Positions 19,392 through 28,248 of a DNA stretch of 64,000 bases are shown piece by piece. The notes below the pieces were generated by a model. It had not been told where the DNA came from. It was given only the letters and a program-made list of their open reading frames with translations, and ran no database searches. Position 1 is the first letter of the stretch. Every line of letters begins with the position of its first letter. The DNA comes from Patescibacteria group bacterium. Its GTDB lineage: Bacteria > Patescibacteriota > Saccharimonadia > Saccharimonadales > UBA4665. Position numbers and translations under genes: made by a program. The stretch lies in the NCBI GenBank assembly GCA_030272735.1, contig JARXKL010000001.1:75571-139570 (forward strand), read 5' to 3'.

Positions 19392-19901
19392 TTAGAGCGC
19401 AGCTTCGAGCGCGGCCCACTCGGCTGTAGAATCGTCTTCAGGAACGTTTACGCTGACTTGATCGCCCGGCTTAGCTTTGAAATATGTGACACTAGCTAAT
19501 AGAACGCGCAATTTGCGGCCATTTACATCAACAAAATAATGTCCAGCTTCGAGATTGAGCGTGCCAACAACCTGTTTACGAGGAATAGGGCCTATTTGCT
19601 TATATAAGAATGCTCCGTCTTCAGCGATAGTGAGCTTAAGAATGTCACCTTGGACGAGTTTGGATTTAGAAGCATAGTTAGCGGGAACAGGATAAGTTTT
19701 ACCATCTGAGCCAACCATATTTTGGCCATCAAATACACCTTCAATAACCTTGCCTAAAGTATCTTCGCGGGCAACAGGAGCAACCATCTCATCGTCTCCG
19801 ACGAGGCTAATTAATAATTCTGTGGCTGCACCTAGGCTGGTTTCGGCTTCGCGAATCAGCGCACGTAGGCGTTTGACTTGTTTATCTGGGATGTCTGGCA
19901 T
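19392..19901 (-). CDS. Conserved CPR hypothetical protein
   Basis: IEGVFDGQNMV...YPVPANYASKSKLV.GD.LKL pattern recognised from Patescibacteria. Confidence 0.75.
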   Translation of the reverse strand: MPDIPDKQVKRLRALIREAETSLGAATELLISLVGDDEMVAPVAREDTLGKVIEGVFDGQNMVGSDGKTYPVPANYASKSKLVQGDILKLTIAEDGAFLYKQIGPIPRKQVVGTLNLEAGHYFVDVNGRKLRVLLASVTYFKAKPGDQVSVNVPEDDSTAEWAALEAAL

Positions 19902-19992
19902 AATGTCTGTCTCTCGTATCAGTGTTTATGAGGTACACTTTCCTCTTAAAAGTATCACGAACTGCGTTTTATGTCAAAGGGAACAGTTATTC

Positions 19993-20001
19993 TGTGGATA
20001 A
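19993..20001 (-). promoter_or_regulatory. Perfect DnaA box near a sigma70-like promoter
   Basis: TTATCCACA on the minus strand; TTGACA (19972-19977)-17-TACTTT downstream. Confidence 0.45.
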
Positions 20002-20007
20002 GTTGCT

Positions 20008-20031
20008 AAAAGGAGGCCCCGGAGAGCCTCC
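20008..20031 (-). terminator. Intrinsic terminator after rplL
   Basis: GGAGGC...GCCTCC stem followed by TTTT. Confidence 0.65.
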
Positions 20032-20053
20032 CAGCCTTCGAATGGGTAGCAAA

Positions 20054-20431
20054 TTACGCTAGTTCGACGGTTGCACCAGCATCTTCGAGCTGTTTCTTGT
20101 GCTTTTCGGCATCTTCTTTAGGTGCCTTCTCAACGACAGTCTTTGGAGCACCGTCAACGATAGCCTTTGCTTCACCAAGACCTAAGCCGGTGATGTCCTT
20201 GACTGCTTTAATGACAGCGACTTTCTGAGCGCCTGCATCCTTGAGGACTACGTCGTACTCACTCTTCGCGTCTTCTGCTTCACCACCACCTTCAGCAGGT
20301 GCTGCGGCTACTGCAACTGCTGCTGCAGCTGGTTCAATTCCGTATTCATCCTTGAGGATTCCTGCGAGTTCGTTTACTTCGAGCACTGTCAGTCCAACGA
20401 GTTGCTCTGCTACTTTCTTTAAATCTGCCAT
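20054..20431 (-). CDS. rplL: 50S ribosomal protein L7/L12
   Basis: [20 protein letters not shown]. Confidence 0.98.
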   Translation of the reverse strand: MADLKKVAEQLVGLTVLEVNELAGILKDEYGIEPAAAAVAVAAAPAEGGGEAEDAKSEYDVVLKDAGAQKVAVIKAVKDITGLGLGEAKAIVDGAPKTVVEKAPKEDAEKHKKQLEDAGATVELA

Positions 20432-20473
20432 TGTATTCTCCTAGTTAATTAATTGATACGCAGTATGCGTAAT

Positions 20474-20998
20474 TTATGCTGCGGCTTTAGCTTCCAGGCC
20501 TTGTAATAATCCGTGCAAATTACCGCCTAACCCACTCATAACGCCGTTGACCGGACCATTAAGCGTATTGATAAGGCCAGCAATGAGCTGATTCTTACTT
20601 GGAAGACCTGCCAGGGCTTTGACGTCTGAGCCACTGACGAATGTACCATCAGCACTGATTGCACCCACGAATTCGAGGGTTGGGTTTTTCTTCGCAAAAG
20701 TGTTCAAAATCTGCGCTGCAGCTACTTCATCTTCGCCGTTGAAAGCGTAGAGGAGCATTCCCTGCAAGCTCGATGTATCGACATCTTTAAGTGTATCGGT
20801 AGCCTTGAGCGCTTGAATGACCAAACGATTTTTGACGACTTTTACGCGGGTGCCATTAGATTTTGCTTCTTTGCGGAGCGTTTGCAATGCTTTGACTGTA
20901 GTACCTTCGTACTTCGCGACAACTGTCATCTTAGAAGTGCTCAATAATTCAGCGACCTCGCTGATTACGTCCTTCTTCTCGACTTGTGTTAATGCCAT
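20474..20998 (-). CDS. rplJ: 50S ribosomal protein L10
   Basis: MALTQVEKK start with GGAG SD; KVVKNRL and LAGLPS motifs. Confidence 0.96.
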   Translation of the reverse strand: MALTQVEKKDVISEVAELLSTSKMTVVAKYEGTTVKALQTLRKEAKSNGTRVKVVKNRLVIQALKATDTLKDVDTSSLQGMLLYAFNGEDEVAAAQILNTFAKKNPTLEFVGAISADGTFVSGSDVKALAGLPSKNQLIAGLINTLNGPVNGVMSGLGGNLHGLLQGLEAKAAA

Positions 20999-21058
20999 GC
21001 GTTGTTCTCCATGTTTTAGTTGAGTAAGACGATCGACCACTGTCCTACTTTCGTTGCC

Positions 21059-21168
21059 AAACAAAAACGCCTTTGCATCCAAAGACGTTCAAACTTACGA
21101 TAATCGTATGTAATAGTTTGTACCTTGGCGACGTTATCAAGTCTTTCGACCGTCGCTGTCTCTGGCAA
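21059..21168 (-). promoter_or_regulatory. L10 leader RNA with attenuator terminator
   Basis: CCAGAGACAGCGACG...TAACGTCGCCAAGG resembles the L10_leader; followed by AACGTCTTTG...CAAAGGCGTTTTTG. Confidence 0.8.
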
Positions 21169-21224
21169 CTTGAGATTTATTATACTAGGTTACTGCTCGT
21201 CGTGCAACAGGTCAGGAATAAATA

Positions 21225-21503
21225 TTATTCAGACTCCCTAAGGAGGATGGGCTCGTCTTCTGTTGAATGCTGGGGCACTAGCTGCAGCGTTGCTTCTGGA
21301 TTAGTACTTTGTTCGCTCACAGATACTTTTTCCAAAGCCGTGCGTACTATTCTTTGACCGGCACGGTACATCGCTAGTCTGCTCTTTTCTAATTGTGCAA
21401 TACTTTTTACTGGGTCTTCATTATATTCTTCTATATCAAAACCTCGCTGCCGCCTGCGAATATCATCTGCAGGAATTGAAGGATGCAATGATCGTTCGCT
21501 CAT
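21225..21503 (-). CDS. Hypothetical protein, 92 aa (second gene of attenuated unit)
   Basis: ATG at 21503, 4 nt after the stop of the 60-aa ORF. Confidence 0.65.
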   Translation of the reverse strand: MSERSLHPSIPADDIRRRQRGFDIEEYNEDPVKSIAQLEKSRLAMYRAGQRIVRTALEKVSVSEQSTNPEATLQLVPQHSTEDEPILLRESE

Positions 21504-21507
21504 ATTG

Positions 21508-21690
21508 TTACCCTTCCTGATATCCTTCAACTGCTGCCATGAATGGCATATGGCAATTAAGTTCCGAGATTCTACTTCTGAAATTAGTTTGTTGCGCCTT
21601 ACGATTTTCTTCTTCTTGTTCGACTGTATTTCGAACTGCACATTCATCGAATGTGATTTGATCAATTTCTTCAAATTTTTTATGAACCAT
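21508..21690 (-). CDS. Small acidic hypothetical protein, 60 aa
   Basis: Strong SD AAAGGAG just after the attenuator terminator. Confidence 0.65.
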   Translation of the reverse strand: MVHKKFEEIDQITFDECAVRNTVEQEEENRKAQQTNFRSRISELNCHMPFMAAVEGYQEG

Positions 21691-21711
21691 TTATATCTCC
21701 TTTTTGTGACA

Positions 21712-21740
21712 AATAAAAAGCTCCCGGTTTGGCGGGAGCT
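21712..21740 (-). terminator. Attenuator terminator of the BCAA-type leader
   Basis: AGCTCCCG-CCAAAC-CGGGAGCT then TTTTATTT. Confidence 0.85.
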
Positions 21741-21774
21741 GCTTGTCGTTTTGTAAATTGCAAAAAGCTGCCCG

Positions 21775-21822
21775 CTACTGGGGGGTGAGAATCACGACCT
21801 TTACTGTGAGCATTTGTTGCAT
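21775..21822 (-). CDS. Leader peptide MQQMLTVKVVILTPQ (Val/Ile/Leu/Thr-rich)
   Basis: ATG 6 nt after TTGACA-17-GATCAT; stop overlaps antiterminator arm GCGGGCAGCT. Confidence 0.75.
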   Translation of the reverse strand: MQQMLTVKVVILTPQ

Positions 21823-21828
21823 AAATGC

Positions 21829-21902
21829 ATGATCGCATACGCTCAGACAGCTGTCAATATTCAAAAAAAGTTGTTGACATAGCTACGATATGGGTCTAAA
21901 GT
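21829..21902. promoter_or_regulatory. Back-to-back sigma70-type promoters
   Basis: Minus strand TTGACA(21857-21852)-17-GATCAT; plus strand TTGACA(21874-21879)-17-TAAAGT. Confidence 0.75.
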
Positions 21903-21910
21903 TACCAATT

Positions 21911-21982
21911 GTGAAAACAAGCACTCAAAATATGCATAACACAAATTGCGCGGCCAAGCGTCTCTTTGTGATTTACGCGTAA
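21911..21982 (+). CDS. Leader peptide MKTSTQNMHNTNCAAKRLFVIYA
   Basis: GTG 8 nt after the -10 box (internal ATG at 21932); stop 3 nt before the antiterminator arm. Confidence 0.65.
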   Translation: MKTSTQNMHNTNCAAKRLFVIYA

Positions 21983-21985
21983 CCT

Positions 21986-22051
21986 GAGTCCTTGTTTTAG
22001 CAGAAATCAAATAATGTAAAACAGAGGACTCCACTACTGGGGTCCTTTTTT
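21986..22051 (+). terminator. Antiterminator/terminator switch
   Basis: GAGTCCTTGTTTTA pairs with TAAAACAGAGGACTC, mutually exclusive with AGGACTCCA-CTAC-TGGGGTCCT plus T-run. Confidence 0.82.
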
Positions 22052-22062
22052 ACGGAGAAACT

Positions 22063-22560
22063 ATGGCAGCAACAAGATTACAAAGCGGCGTAGAACATAT
22101 AACTGACAGACGTTTGGACGAGATGGACGATTTTATTGTTCCCGAATTGGCAAAAATTCATGTTGCCAGTATTTTTAATACCGAAAATAAAATCAAGAAG
22201 AATTTATCGTATAAACTAGGCCGTCAAACGGTAAGCTGTTATGTTACACCTGAGCTTATAGTCGCACCTGCAAATGTGGATTTACACGAATACGCATTAT
22301 TACTGGGGAAAGCTTCAGTAAAAGGTAAATACGTTATAGGCTTTACCATGGTTAATGAAGAAGCAGCAACGTACAGTGACGACGCTACTGCCCTAGCAGA
22401 GAAATATATTCAAAGAGACTTCTACAATGATAGCGGCTCAAATGTAGTTCTTTTCGAACAGCCAAGCGAAATCGATTCTGAAAGTCTACCAAGACTAGCA
22501 CGACTGCGTGAGCTGATTGCTGGGTTAGATGTTCCGTCTGCGGTTATCATAGCTCAGTAG
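22063..22560 (+). CDS. Hypothetical protein under attenuator control
   Basis: 165 aa ORF with GGAG SD; no recognisable family. Confidence 0.75.
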   Translation: MAATRLQSGVEHITDRRLDEMDDFIVPELAKIHVASIFNTENKIKKNLSYKLGRQTVSCYVTPELIVAPANVDLHEYALLLGKASVKGKYVIGFTMVNEEAATYSDDATALAEKYIQRDFYNDSGSNVVLFEQPSEIDSESLPRLARLRELIAGLDVPSAVIIAQ

Positions 22561-22567
22561 TTTACGG

Positions 22568-24949
22568 TTAGCCGCCCATTTGCTGCAGCTTGAACTGCGT
22601 GTATCGTTCTGCAGCTAAGCGTGTCAGTTCTTCGTCTTCGCCCGAGTTGACGAATTTCATGGCTTCTCCAAGCAGGGGGTGAACTTCTGAGAGTTTCTCG
22701 TGCATTTGGAGGACGAGTTTGCGGTATCCTGGGTGGCCCTGTGGGCTCGTGCGGAGTTCGTGTAAGTGGAAAGCTTCGCGGGCGTTATAAGTGACCTTCC
22801 AGCGCATACGGTGCCCGAGGAGCGTGGCATACTGGGCCTCGAGTCTATAGCCAGCCTGCTGCAAAATGCTATAGAGCTTGAGGCTGAGATCAAAACAAGC
22901 TTCGAATTGATCAGTCATACCGGCGGCCTCGACGAGTTGCGGTATTTCGTAGCCATAACGAGGCGTAAGTTGCTGCCAATTAAGATCATCAACCATACGA
23001 TGCCTCTGTAAATCCCGGAAAATACCATAATCACAAACCAGATCCCAGCTGTAATGGGCTTTTTCGATGGCACGACCAGGCCGGTGGCGACGATTGAGGC
23101 GTTCACCCATATAAGTGTTGAAAACTGTTTGTCGCTGAGAATAATCCCAATTACCAACTTCAGCCTGAAGTTCTTCTAGTGGCAAACTGCTGTGTTCATA
23201 AAGCATATCGGGCACGAGCAACATCTCGTTCTTAGGCCAATAATCTACCAGTGTGACAGGCTCCTGATTAGTTGTGGAATGTTTGTCACTTAAGTATTCT
23301 TTTGCTAAGTCTGCAACAGCGTGACGGGTGTTGGCGTTATACGCAATGGTTGCACCACCGCGCTCTGGTTTGTCGGCGCGCTCTAAGAACATCGGAACGA
23401 TTTTACGGGCCTGCTTTAGTAAGTCTTCGCCCGAAGCCTGTGCTTCTGGCAAGTCATCACCAAGTAAATGCGTAATGAGGCTCTCTAGGGCTTGGCCAGA
23501 TGCGAAGACGCCAACAGTCGATTTTGTGGCGACAGGTAGCACTGCTCGTACAGCGTCACAAGCTTGAGCGCGGGTGGCCCCTTTCCAGGCAATATCTCGT
23601 TCAGCTGCTGGCACTGACGAATGCGCCTGCACATACTCGGTTAAGGAGCGGACCATGGTCGAATACAACTCAAAGAGCTCATCCATAATCTGGTTGTATT
23701 GTGTTTGTATTTCTGGTTCAAAGTGCCCAGGAGTGTAATAACGGTACTTACCATTCGCATCTTTCTGATCAAAGTAGATGTAGCGCGTTGATTGTTCAAG
23801 GTAAGAAGCCATACGCCCCCACTCGAGCTTTTTGGTAAGCAGGTTCGATGCACCTTCGAATACAAAGTGCAACCCGCCCAGCTGCTGCACTGAATCATCG
23901 CCGTAGGCAGTAATGACTCTTTGGAGCAATTGCTCATCCTTGCCCAGCTTACCGGCAAATTCGTCGAGTAAAGTTATGCGCATGTCGTCCCCGCGGCGGC
24001 TGAGGCGTGCCATGGCAGCAGCAATAGTTATCGGACTTAATTTGTCACTAAAGGCGTAGACGTTACCGTCAACGCTGGTTACGGCTCCTGCCAAGTAGGC
24101 CTCGCCTGCCTTTGTAACAGTGATTCCGCTGTCAGTTTTATGCAGAAGCGGTTCATCGCTTTCTGCTATTTGGATTGGTTCGTCGTGGGGGAGGCTTACC
24201 GCTACTGTTGGATCCAGAGGCGGTTCATGGGGAGCTGGCGCAGGTAACGGGGCCGGCACTTGTAGTTGGGCAATAACTTCCTTGATTGGTGTTGCGGCGG
24301 CCAGCACCTTCGATGGTTCGCGGGTGCCGAGCTCGGCGGATACTAGTTTCCAGATTTCATCGGAGACTTGTTCTGGCGAACTAGTTGCATAAACTACTGG
24401 CAGGTTACGCTGTTTTGATTCCCACAAATAGCCAGAACGTACTCGTTCTAGAAATGCGTCATCGAGGTTGTCGAAGCGTTCACCGTTATAACGGTCTCCG
24501 AGTCGTTCTCTGAGTATAGCAACGGGGGCATCGAGCACAATACATAGGTCAGGCTCCATCCCACCGACTGCAAAATTTATAATACTGTTAATAGTATTAT
24601 AATCCGGCACATCACCGCGGCCATAATACTGAATAGCAAGGGTAGTTAAATAATTGCGATCTACGAGACAAATGACTCCGTTGGCTACGCTATCTTTAAT
24701 AACCCCAAGGCTTTGCGCACGCGCAGCATTGTAAAGCAGCACTTCTGTTCGTGTATTCATAGGATAACGAGGGTCTTGAGTAAGCTGTCGGATGGCGCGT
24801 GCCGTAAGATCACTCTGGCTGTCTGGTTCGCGGAGGGTCCGCACCGGCAAGCCTGCAGCTTGCAACCGTCGAGCTAACTCGAGTAATTGTGTAGTCTTCC
24901 CGACACCTTCAGGGCCTTCGAGCACGATGTATTTGCCGACATTATTCAT
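22568..24949 (-). CDS. thyX: Thymidylate kinase fused to tandem-domain FAD-dependent thymidylate synthase (Tmk-ThyX)
   Basis: EGPEGVGKTT, REP and DR in the N-terminus; Pro-rich linker; EQSTRY, RDLQRHR, ELRT. Confidence 0.92.
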   Translation of the reverse strand: MNNVGKYIVLEGPEGVGKTTQLLELARRLQAAGLPVRTLREPDSQSDLTARAIRQLTQDPRYPMNTRTEVLLYNAARAQSLGVIKDSVANGVICLVDRNYLTTLAIQYYGRGDVPDYNTINSIINFAVGGMEPDLCIVLDAPVAILRERLGDRYNGERFDNLDDAFLERVRSGYLWESKQRNLPVVYATSSPEQVSDEIWKLVSAELGTREPSKVLAAATPIKEVIAQLQVPAPLPAPAPHEPPLDPTVAVSLPHDEPIQIAESDEPLLHKTDSGITVTKAGEAYLAGAVTSVDGNVYAFSDKLSPITIAAAMARLSRRGDDMRITLLDEFAGKLGKDEQLLQRVITAYGDDSVQQLGGLHFVFEGASNLLTKKLEWGRMASYLEQSTRYIYFDQKDANGKYRYYTPGHFEPEIQTQYNQIMDELFELYSTMVRSLTEYVQAHSSVPAAERDIAWKGATRAQACDAVRAVLPVATKSTVGVFASGQALESLITHLLGDDLPEAQASGEDLLKQARKIVPMFLERADKPERGGATIAYNANTRHAVADLAKEYLSDKHSTTNQEPVTLVDYWPKNEMLLVPDMLYEHSSLPLEELQAEVGNWDYSQRQTVFNTYMGERLNRRHRPGRAIEKAHYSWDLVCDYGIFRDLQRHRMVDDLNWQQLTPRYGYEIPQLVEAAGMTDQFEACFDLSLKLYSILQQAGYRLEAQYATLLGHRMRWKVTYNAREAFHLHELRTSPQGHPGYRKLVLQMHEKLSEVHPLLGEAMKFVNSGEDEELTRLAAERYTQFKLQQMGG

Positions 24950-25655
24950 AGGATAAGCCTTCGATCTTACGAGGCATTTCGCGGACGTCTTTGTAGGCCC
25001 GCGGCAGCATCATATCTGGCGACCACGTCTGTATTATTTGCTCGAGATCAGTTCCTTGCTGGTATTTACCACTGAACCCACCGTCGCGACCAGCACCGTA
25101 GGTGCCTTCAACTGCGCCAGTTTCCACAAACACAGCCTGAGCTATGCGTTCGCCAACTGGTATAAGAACTGTCTCGCGCTCGTTCAGATTATAAATTTCA
25201 AGCGTCAGACGGTTGATGTAGCCAGGATCAACCCAGCCAGCATCAAAACAAACTGCTATCCCGTTACGGCCCCAGCTAGAGCGAGACTTTACCTCATATG
25301 CGCCAGGCGGTTTGATACCAAAGAATTCATGAGTGTGTGCAAGTATGCGTTCACGAGGCTTAAGGCTAATAACTGGGTGGTCGAGCGGAATGTTCGTAAC
25401 AGGCTTAAAACCGTTGAGCTTGCACCATTCGCCGTGAGGCATGGCTTTATATGGTCCGTCAAAGTATCGTTCAACGTCTTCTTTGTCAAAAGGGTTATAA
25501 ATAGTTCGGTCCTGCATGCGCTCAATGCGGTAGAAATAATAACCGAGGGTAACATCGAGACTAGCGTGACTAATGTGTTTCGGGTTGAACGGATGGCAAA
25601 CAATGTGGCCTTCATCAAGGGCTGCTCTGATCTGTTTGTTGCTATAGACTCCCAC
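24942..25655 (-). CDS. dcd: dCTP deaminase
   Basis: ASLDVTLG, SRSSWGRNG, AGWVDPGY..LTLEI and GERIAQ motifs. Confidence 0.9.
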   Translation of the reverse strand: MGVYSNKQIRAALDEGHIVCHPFNPKHISHASLDVTLGYYFYRIERMQDRTIYNPFDKEDVERYFDGPYKAMPHGEWCKLNGFKPVTNIPLDHPVISLKPRERILAHTHEFFGIKPPGAYEVKSRSSWGRNGIAVCFDAGWVDPGYINRLTLEIYNLNERETVLIPVGERIAQAVFVETGAVEGTYGAGRDGGFSGKYQQGTDLEQIIQTWSPDMMLPRAYKDVREMPRKIEGLSYE

Positions 25656-25758
25656 TAATGCGCTCCCTTCAAAACTTCATTTTATTGTAGTGTAGGCGAA
25701 CAGTTTTAAGCAAGCATAATAACAATGTGTTTTTTACGCAAATAGATGTTGGATTGTG

Positions 25759-26514
25759 CTAAAGCTTATTTCTTTGAGAACTGTAACGCGACTTGAGCGC
25801 ATTGTTTTTCAGATCTGAGTATACTGTTTGCGCTACTCCAATGAGCTCATGCAGTGAACCGTCGTTGCTTATGATGGCATCAGGCTCAATCAGTTTTGAT
25901 TCTCGCTCTGTTATCTCATTTGCATCGCGCACTACGATGTTAGGCCGTTCAATGGTTAGAATATGTCCGCCAGCAGCCCTTAACGCCGCCGCATCCGCGG
26001 GAAAACGTACGCCTCCCACTGTTGCCAGTTCAATAGCACGAGTCGTTGCTATACGCCGTGTTATTTCTCCATACCAAATATCGCCACTTACATTCTTTGC
26101 AAGATATCCACCAAGCCACTGCAATAAACTTCGGTACTGTTCTTTAGAGTCGAGGGTTATAGCACCTTGCTGTAATGAATGATCTCGAGCCAGCGTCTGA
26201 GTGAATTCAAAAAGTTTCGCAAACTGATCAGGATTTGCTGTGACAGCTTGTGTAGTAACTAAACCTTTAGTTTTCGGGAGTGGTTGATGAGTTACTTGCA
26301 GCACGAGATCAGGCAGTGGTTCTAGCCACTTATTGAGTTCAGTGTAGTCACCGCTAAAATCTTTGTTAAGCTGTTCAACGAGTAGCGCGTTGCCGATCTC
26401 TGCAATTAACTCCCAGCTCTCCCAATGCACATGCTTTTCTTGCATAGCAGCTAAAAACTCAGCAAACGTCGTTTTGCCACTGCCGATTGCACCACTGAGC
26501 CCGACTAGTATCAT
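25759..26514 (-). CDS. Deoxynucleotide monophosphate kinase-like P-loop protein
   Basis: GLSGAIGSGKTT, R.LLQWLG, VRFP and NDGSL as in dNMP kinases. Confidence 0.75.
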   Translation of the reverse strand: MILVGLSGAIGSGKTTFAEFLAAMQEKHVHWESWELIAEIGNALLVEQLNKDFSGDYTELNKWLEPLPDLVLQVTHQPLPKTKGLVTTQAVTANPDQFAKLFEFTQTLARDHSLQQGAITLDSKEQYRSLLQWLGGYLAKNVSGDIWYGEITRRIATTRAIELATVGGVRFPADAAALRAAGGHILTIERPNIVVRDANEITERESKLIEPDAIISNDGSLHELIGVAQTVYSDLKNNALKSRYSSQRNKL

Positions 26515-26551
26515 CCAGCTAGTATTGCATAGCTCTTATGCTCGAAACAAA

Positions 26552-27556
26552 TTAGGAGAGCTGAGCGATGTCGACTGAAACTGACGGACCCATGCTGGTC
26601 GTAAGGTGTACGGCTTTAATATATGTGCCCTTAACGCTTTGAGGCTTGTTAGACTTAATACTCGCCATAACTGCGGATACATTCTGTAACAACTGAGTCG
26701 TTGTGAAGCTAACCTTGCCTACACCTAAGTGAACGATTCCGGTAGTGTCTACACGGTACTCAACGCGACCGGCTTTAGCTTCAGAAACTGCTTTATCAAT
26801 GTCGTTAGTTACCGTTCCACTCTTAGGGTTCGGCATAAGGCCACGTGGACCAAGGGCACGCGCATATTTACCAAGCTTTGGCATAAGCGCAGGCGTAGCA
26901 ATCAGAATATCAAAATTCATTTGTCCCTTATCGAGCTGCTCAAGTAGTTCATCGGTGCCGGCAATGTCTGCACCAGCAGCCTTTGCTGTGGCAACGTCAT
27001 CGGTAAGAACGGCGACTTTAACTTTTTTGCCAGTTCCGGCAGGTAACACGAGATTATCACGGATATTTTGATCAGCATGACGAGGATTAACGCCGAGGTT
27101 AATATGCATTTCGACCGTCGCATCAAATTTAACGTGACTGGTTTTTTGAGCTAAAGAAACTGCTTCTTCGAGCGTATAGTTCTTGTCAGCTTCTAGCAAC
27201 TCGGCGCTTTTACGGAAATGCTTACCGCGGCGCTCTAAGCGTGAACGGGTAATCGGAGACGCGCCTTTAGGCTTCTCTACTTCATCTTCTTTGCGTTCTT
27301 GACGAGCTTGTTCAGCGTCTGCTTCTGCGAGTGACTTGGCACTGCGCTTTCCTGCTTTAGCAAGCTTAGGCTCTTCATCAGAGTCGCTCTCTGCAGTTTT
27401 CTCAGCTGTGGCCTCTTTGTCTGCAGGGCTTGGCGCCTCGTCAGTCATCTGCTTATTATTAATTAGTGCCTGAATTTCAGTGATTTTTGCCTTCGCATCG
27501 ACATTGATGCCTAATGCTTTTGCTTCTTCTAATAATGCTGCTTTACTCTGTGCCAT
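26552..27556 (-). CDS. rplA: 50S ribosomal protein L1 with long N-terminal extension
   Basis: KFDATVE, LGPRGLMPNPKSGTV and TTSMGPS; start MAQSK after GAGG SD. Confidence 0.96.
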   Translation of the reverse strand: MAQSKAALLEEAKALGINVDAKAKITEIQALINNKQMTDEAPSPADKEATAEKTAESDSDEEPKLAKAGKRSAKSLAEADAEQARQERKEDEVEKPKGASPITRSRLERRGKHFRKSAELLEADKNYTLEEAVSLAQKTSHVKFDATVEMHINLGVNPRHADQNIRDNLVLPAGTGKKVKVAVLTDDVATAKAAGADIAGTDELLEQLDKGQMNFDILIATPALMPKLGKYARALGPRGLMPNPKSGTVTNDIDKAVSEAKAGRVEYRVDTTGIVHLGVGKVSFTTTQLLQNVSAVMASIKSNKPQSVKGTYIKAVHLTTSMGPSVSVDIAQLS

Positions 27557-27568
27557 GTGATTTCCTCT

Positions 27569-27597
27569 CGTGGTGCTAGCGGCCTTAGCCTCCCACA
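27569..27597 (-). promoter_or_regulatory. L1 autoregulatory binding site
   Basis: GTGGGAGGC-TAAG-GCCGCTAGCACCAC just before the rplA SD, matching the L1-binding RNA pattern. Confidence 0.8.
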
Positions 27598-27603
27598 AAT
27601 TAA

Positions 27604-27816
27604 TTATTGTTCTTGTTCCGGATCTTGCTCGTCCGAAAACGCTCGATCGTCTTCATAGTTTTCATGAGCCATAGTTCCTAGGTGGTGTAAGGCTTCAATG
27701 TTTAAGTCAATATGCTCAGCGGGCGGAATAGATACATCTACCATAAATCTGCATAAGTTTGCTCTCGAAAGTGTGCGAGAGCTTTGGATATCAAAGTCGC
27801 AGTTCTCGAGACTCAT
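27604..27816 (-). CDS. Small acidic hypothetical protein between rplK and rplA
   Basis: 70 aa ORF starting 3 nt after the rplK stop and filling the gap. Confidence 0.6.
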   Translation of the reverse strand: MSLENCDFDIQSSRTLSRANLCRFMVDVSIPPAEHIDLNIEALHHLGTMAHENYEDDRAFSDEQDPEQEQ

Positions 27817-27819
27817 TGT

Positions 27820-28248
27820 TTAGCTTTCAACCTCAACGCCCATAGAGCGAGCTGTACCGGCGACCATCTTTTTAACGGCGTCGATATCTTCGGTGTTCAT
27901 GTCGTGTGCTTTGTCGGTCGCAATTTTAGTCAACTGTGTATCAGTGAGCTTTTTACTGATCTTTTCGCTGTTAGGCTTTCCAGAACCTTTCTGAATACCA
28001 AGTTCTGCACGAATGCGGTCATCTGTTGGTGGCCCGACAACGCGAAATGCCATGGTTTTATCATCGAAAATTGTAATGTGGGCAGTTAATGCTTGGCCCT
28101 GCATATCTTTAGTGGCGTCGTTGAATGGACCAATGAAGTCCATCATATTTACGCCGTACTGGCCGAGCGTGCTACCTACAGGAGGCGCCGCACTAGCTTG
28201 GCCGCCCTTAAGTTTCATCTTTAGATTTGCTTTTACTACTTTTGCCAT
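27820..28248 (-). CDS. rplK: 50S ribosomal protein L11
   Basis: PPVGSTLGQYGVNMMDF and GTARSMGVEV motifs. Confidence 0.97.
   Translation of the reverse strand: MAKVVKANLKMKLKGGQASAAPPVGSTLGQYGVNMMDFIGPFNDATKDMQGQALTAHITIFDDKTMAFRVVGPPTDDRIRAELGIQKGSGKPNSEKISKKLTDTQLTKIATDKAHDMNTEDIDAVKKMVAGTARSMGVEVES

Noticed and set aside
21225..21674. 149-aa ORF from the track
   Set aside because: TTG start without SD; better explained as a 60-aa ORF with strong SD plus a coupled 92-aa ORF
21801..21830. Alternative Cys-rich leader MHLCNKCSQ
   Set aside because: Its ATG overlaps the predicted -10 box and its stop is far from the antiterminator arm; the MQQ frame fits better
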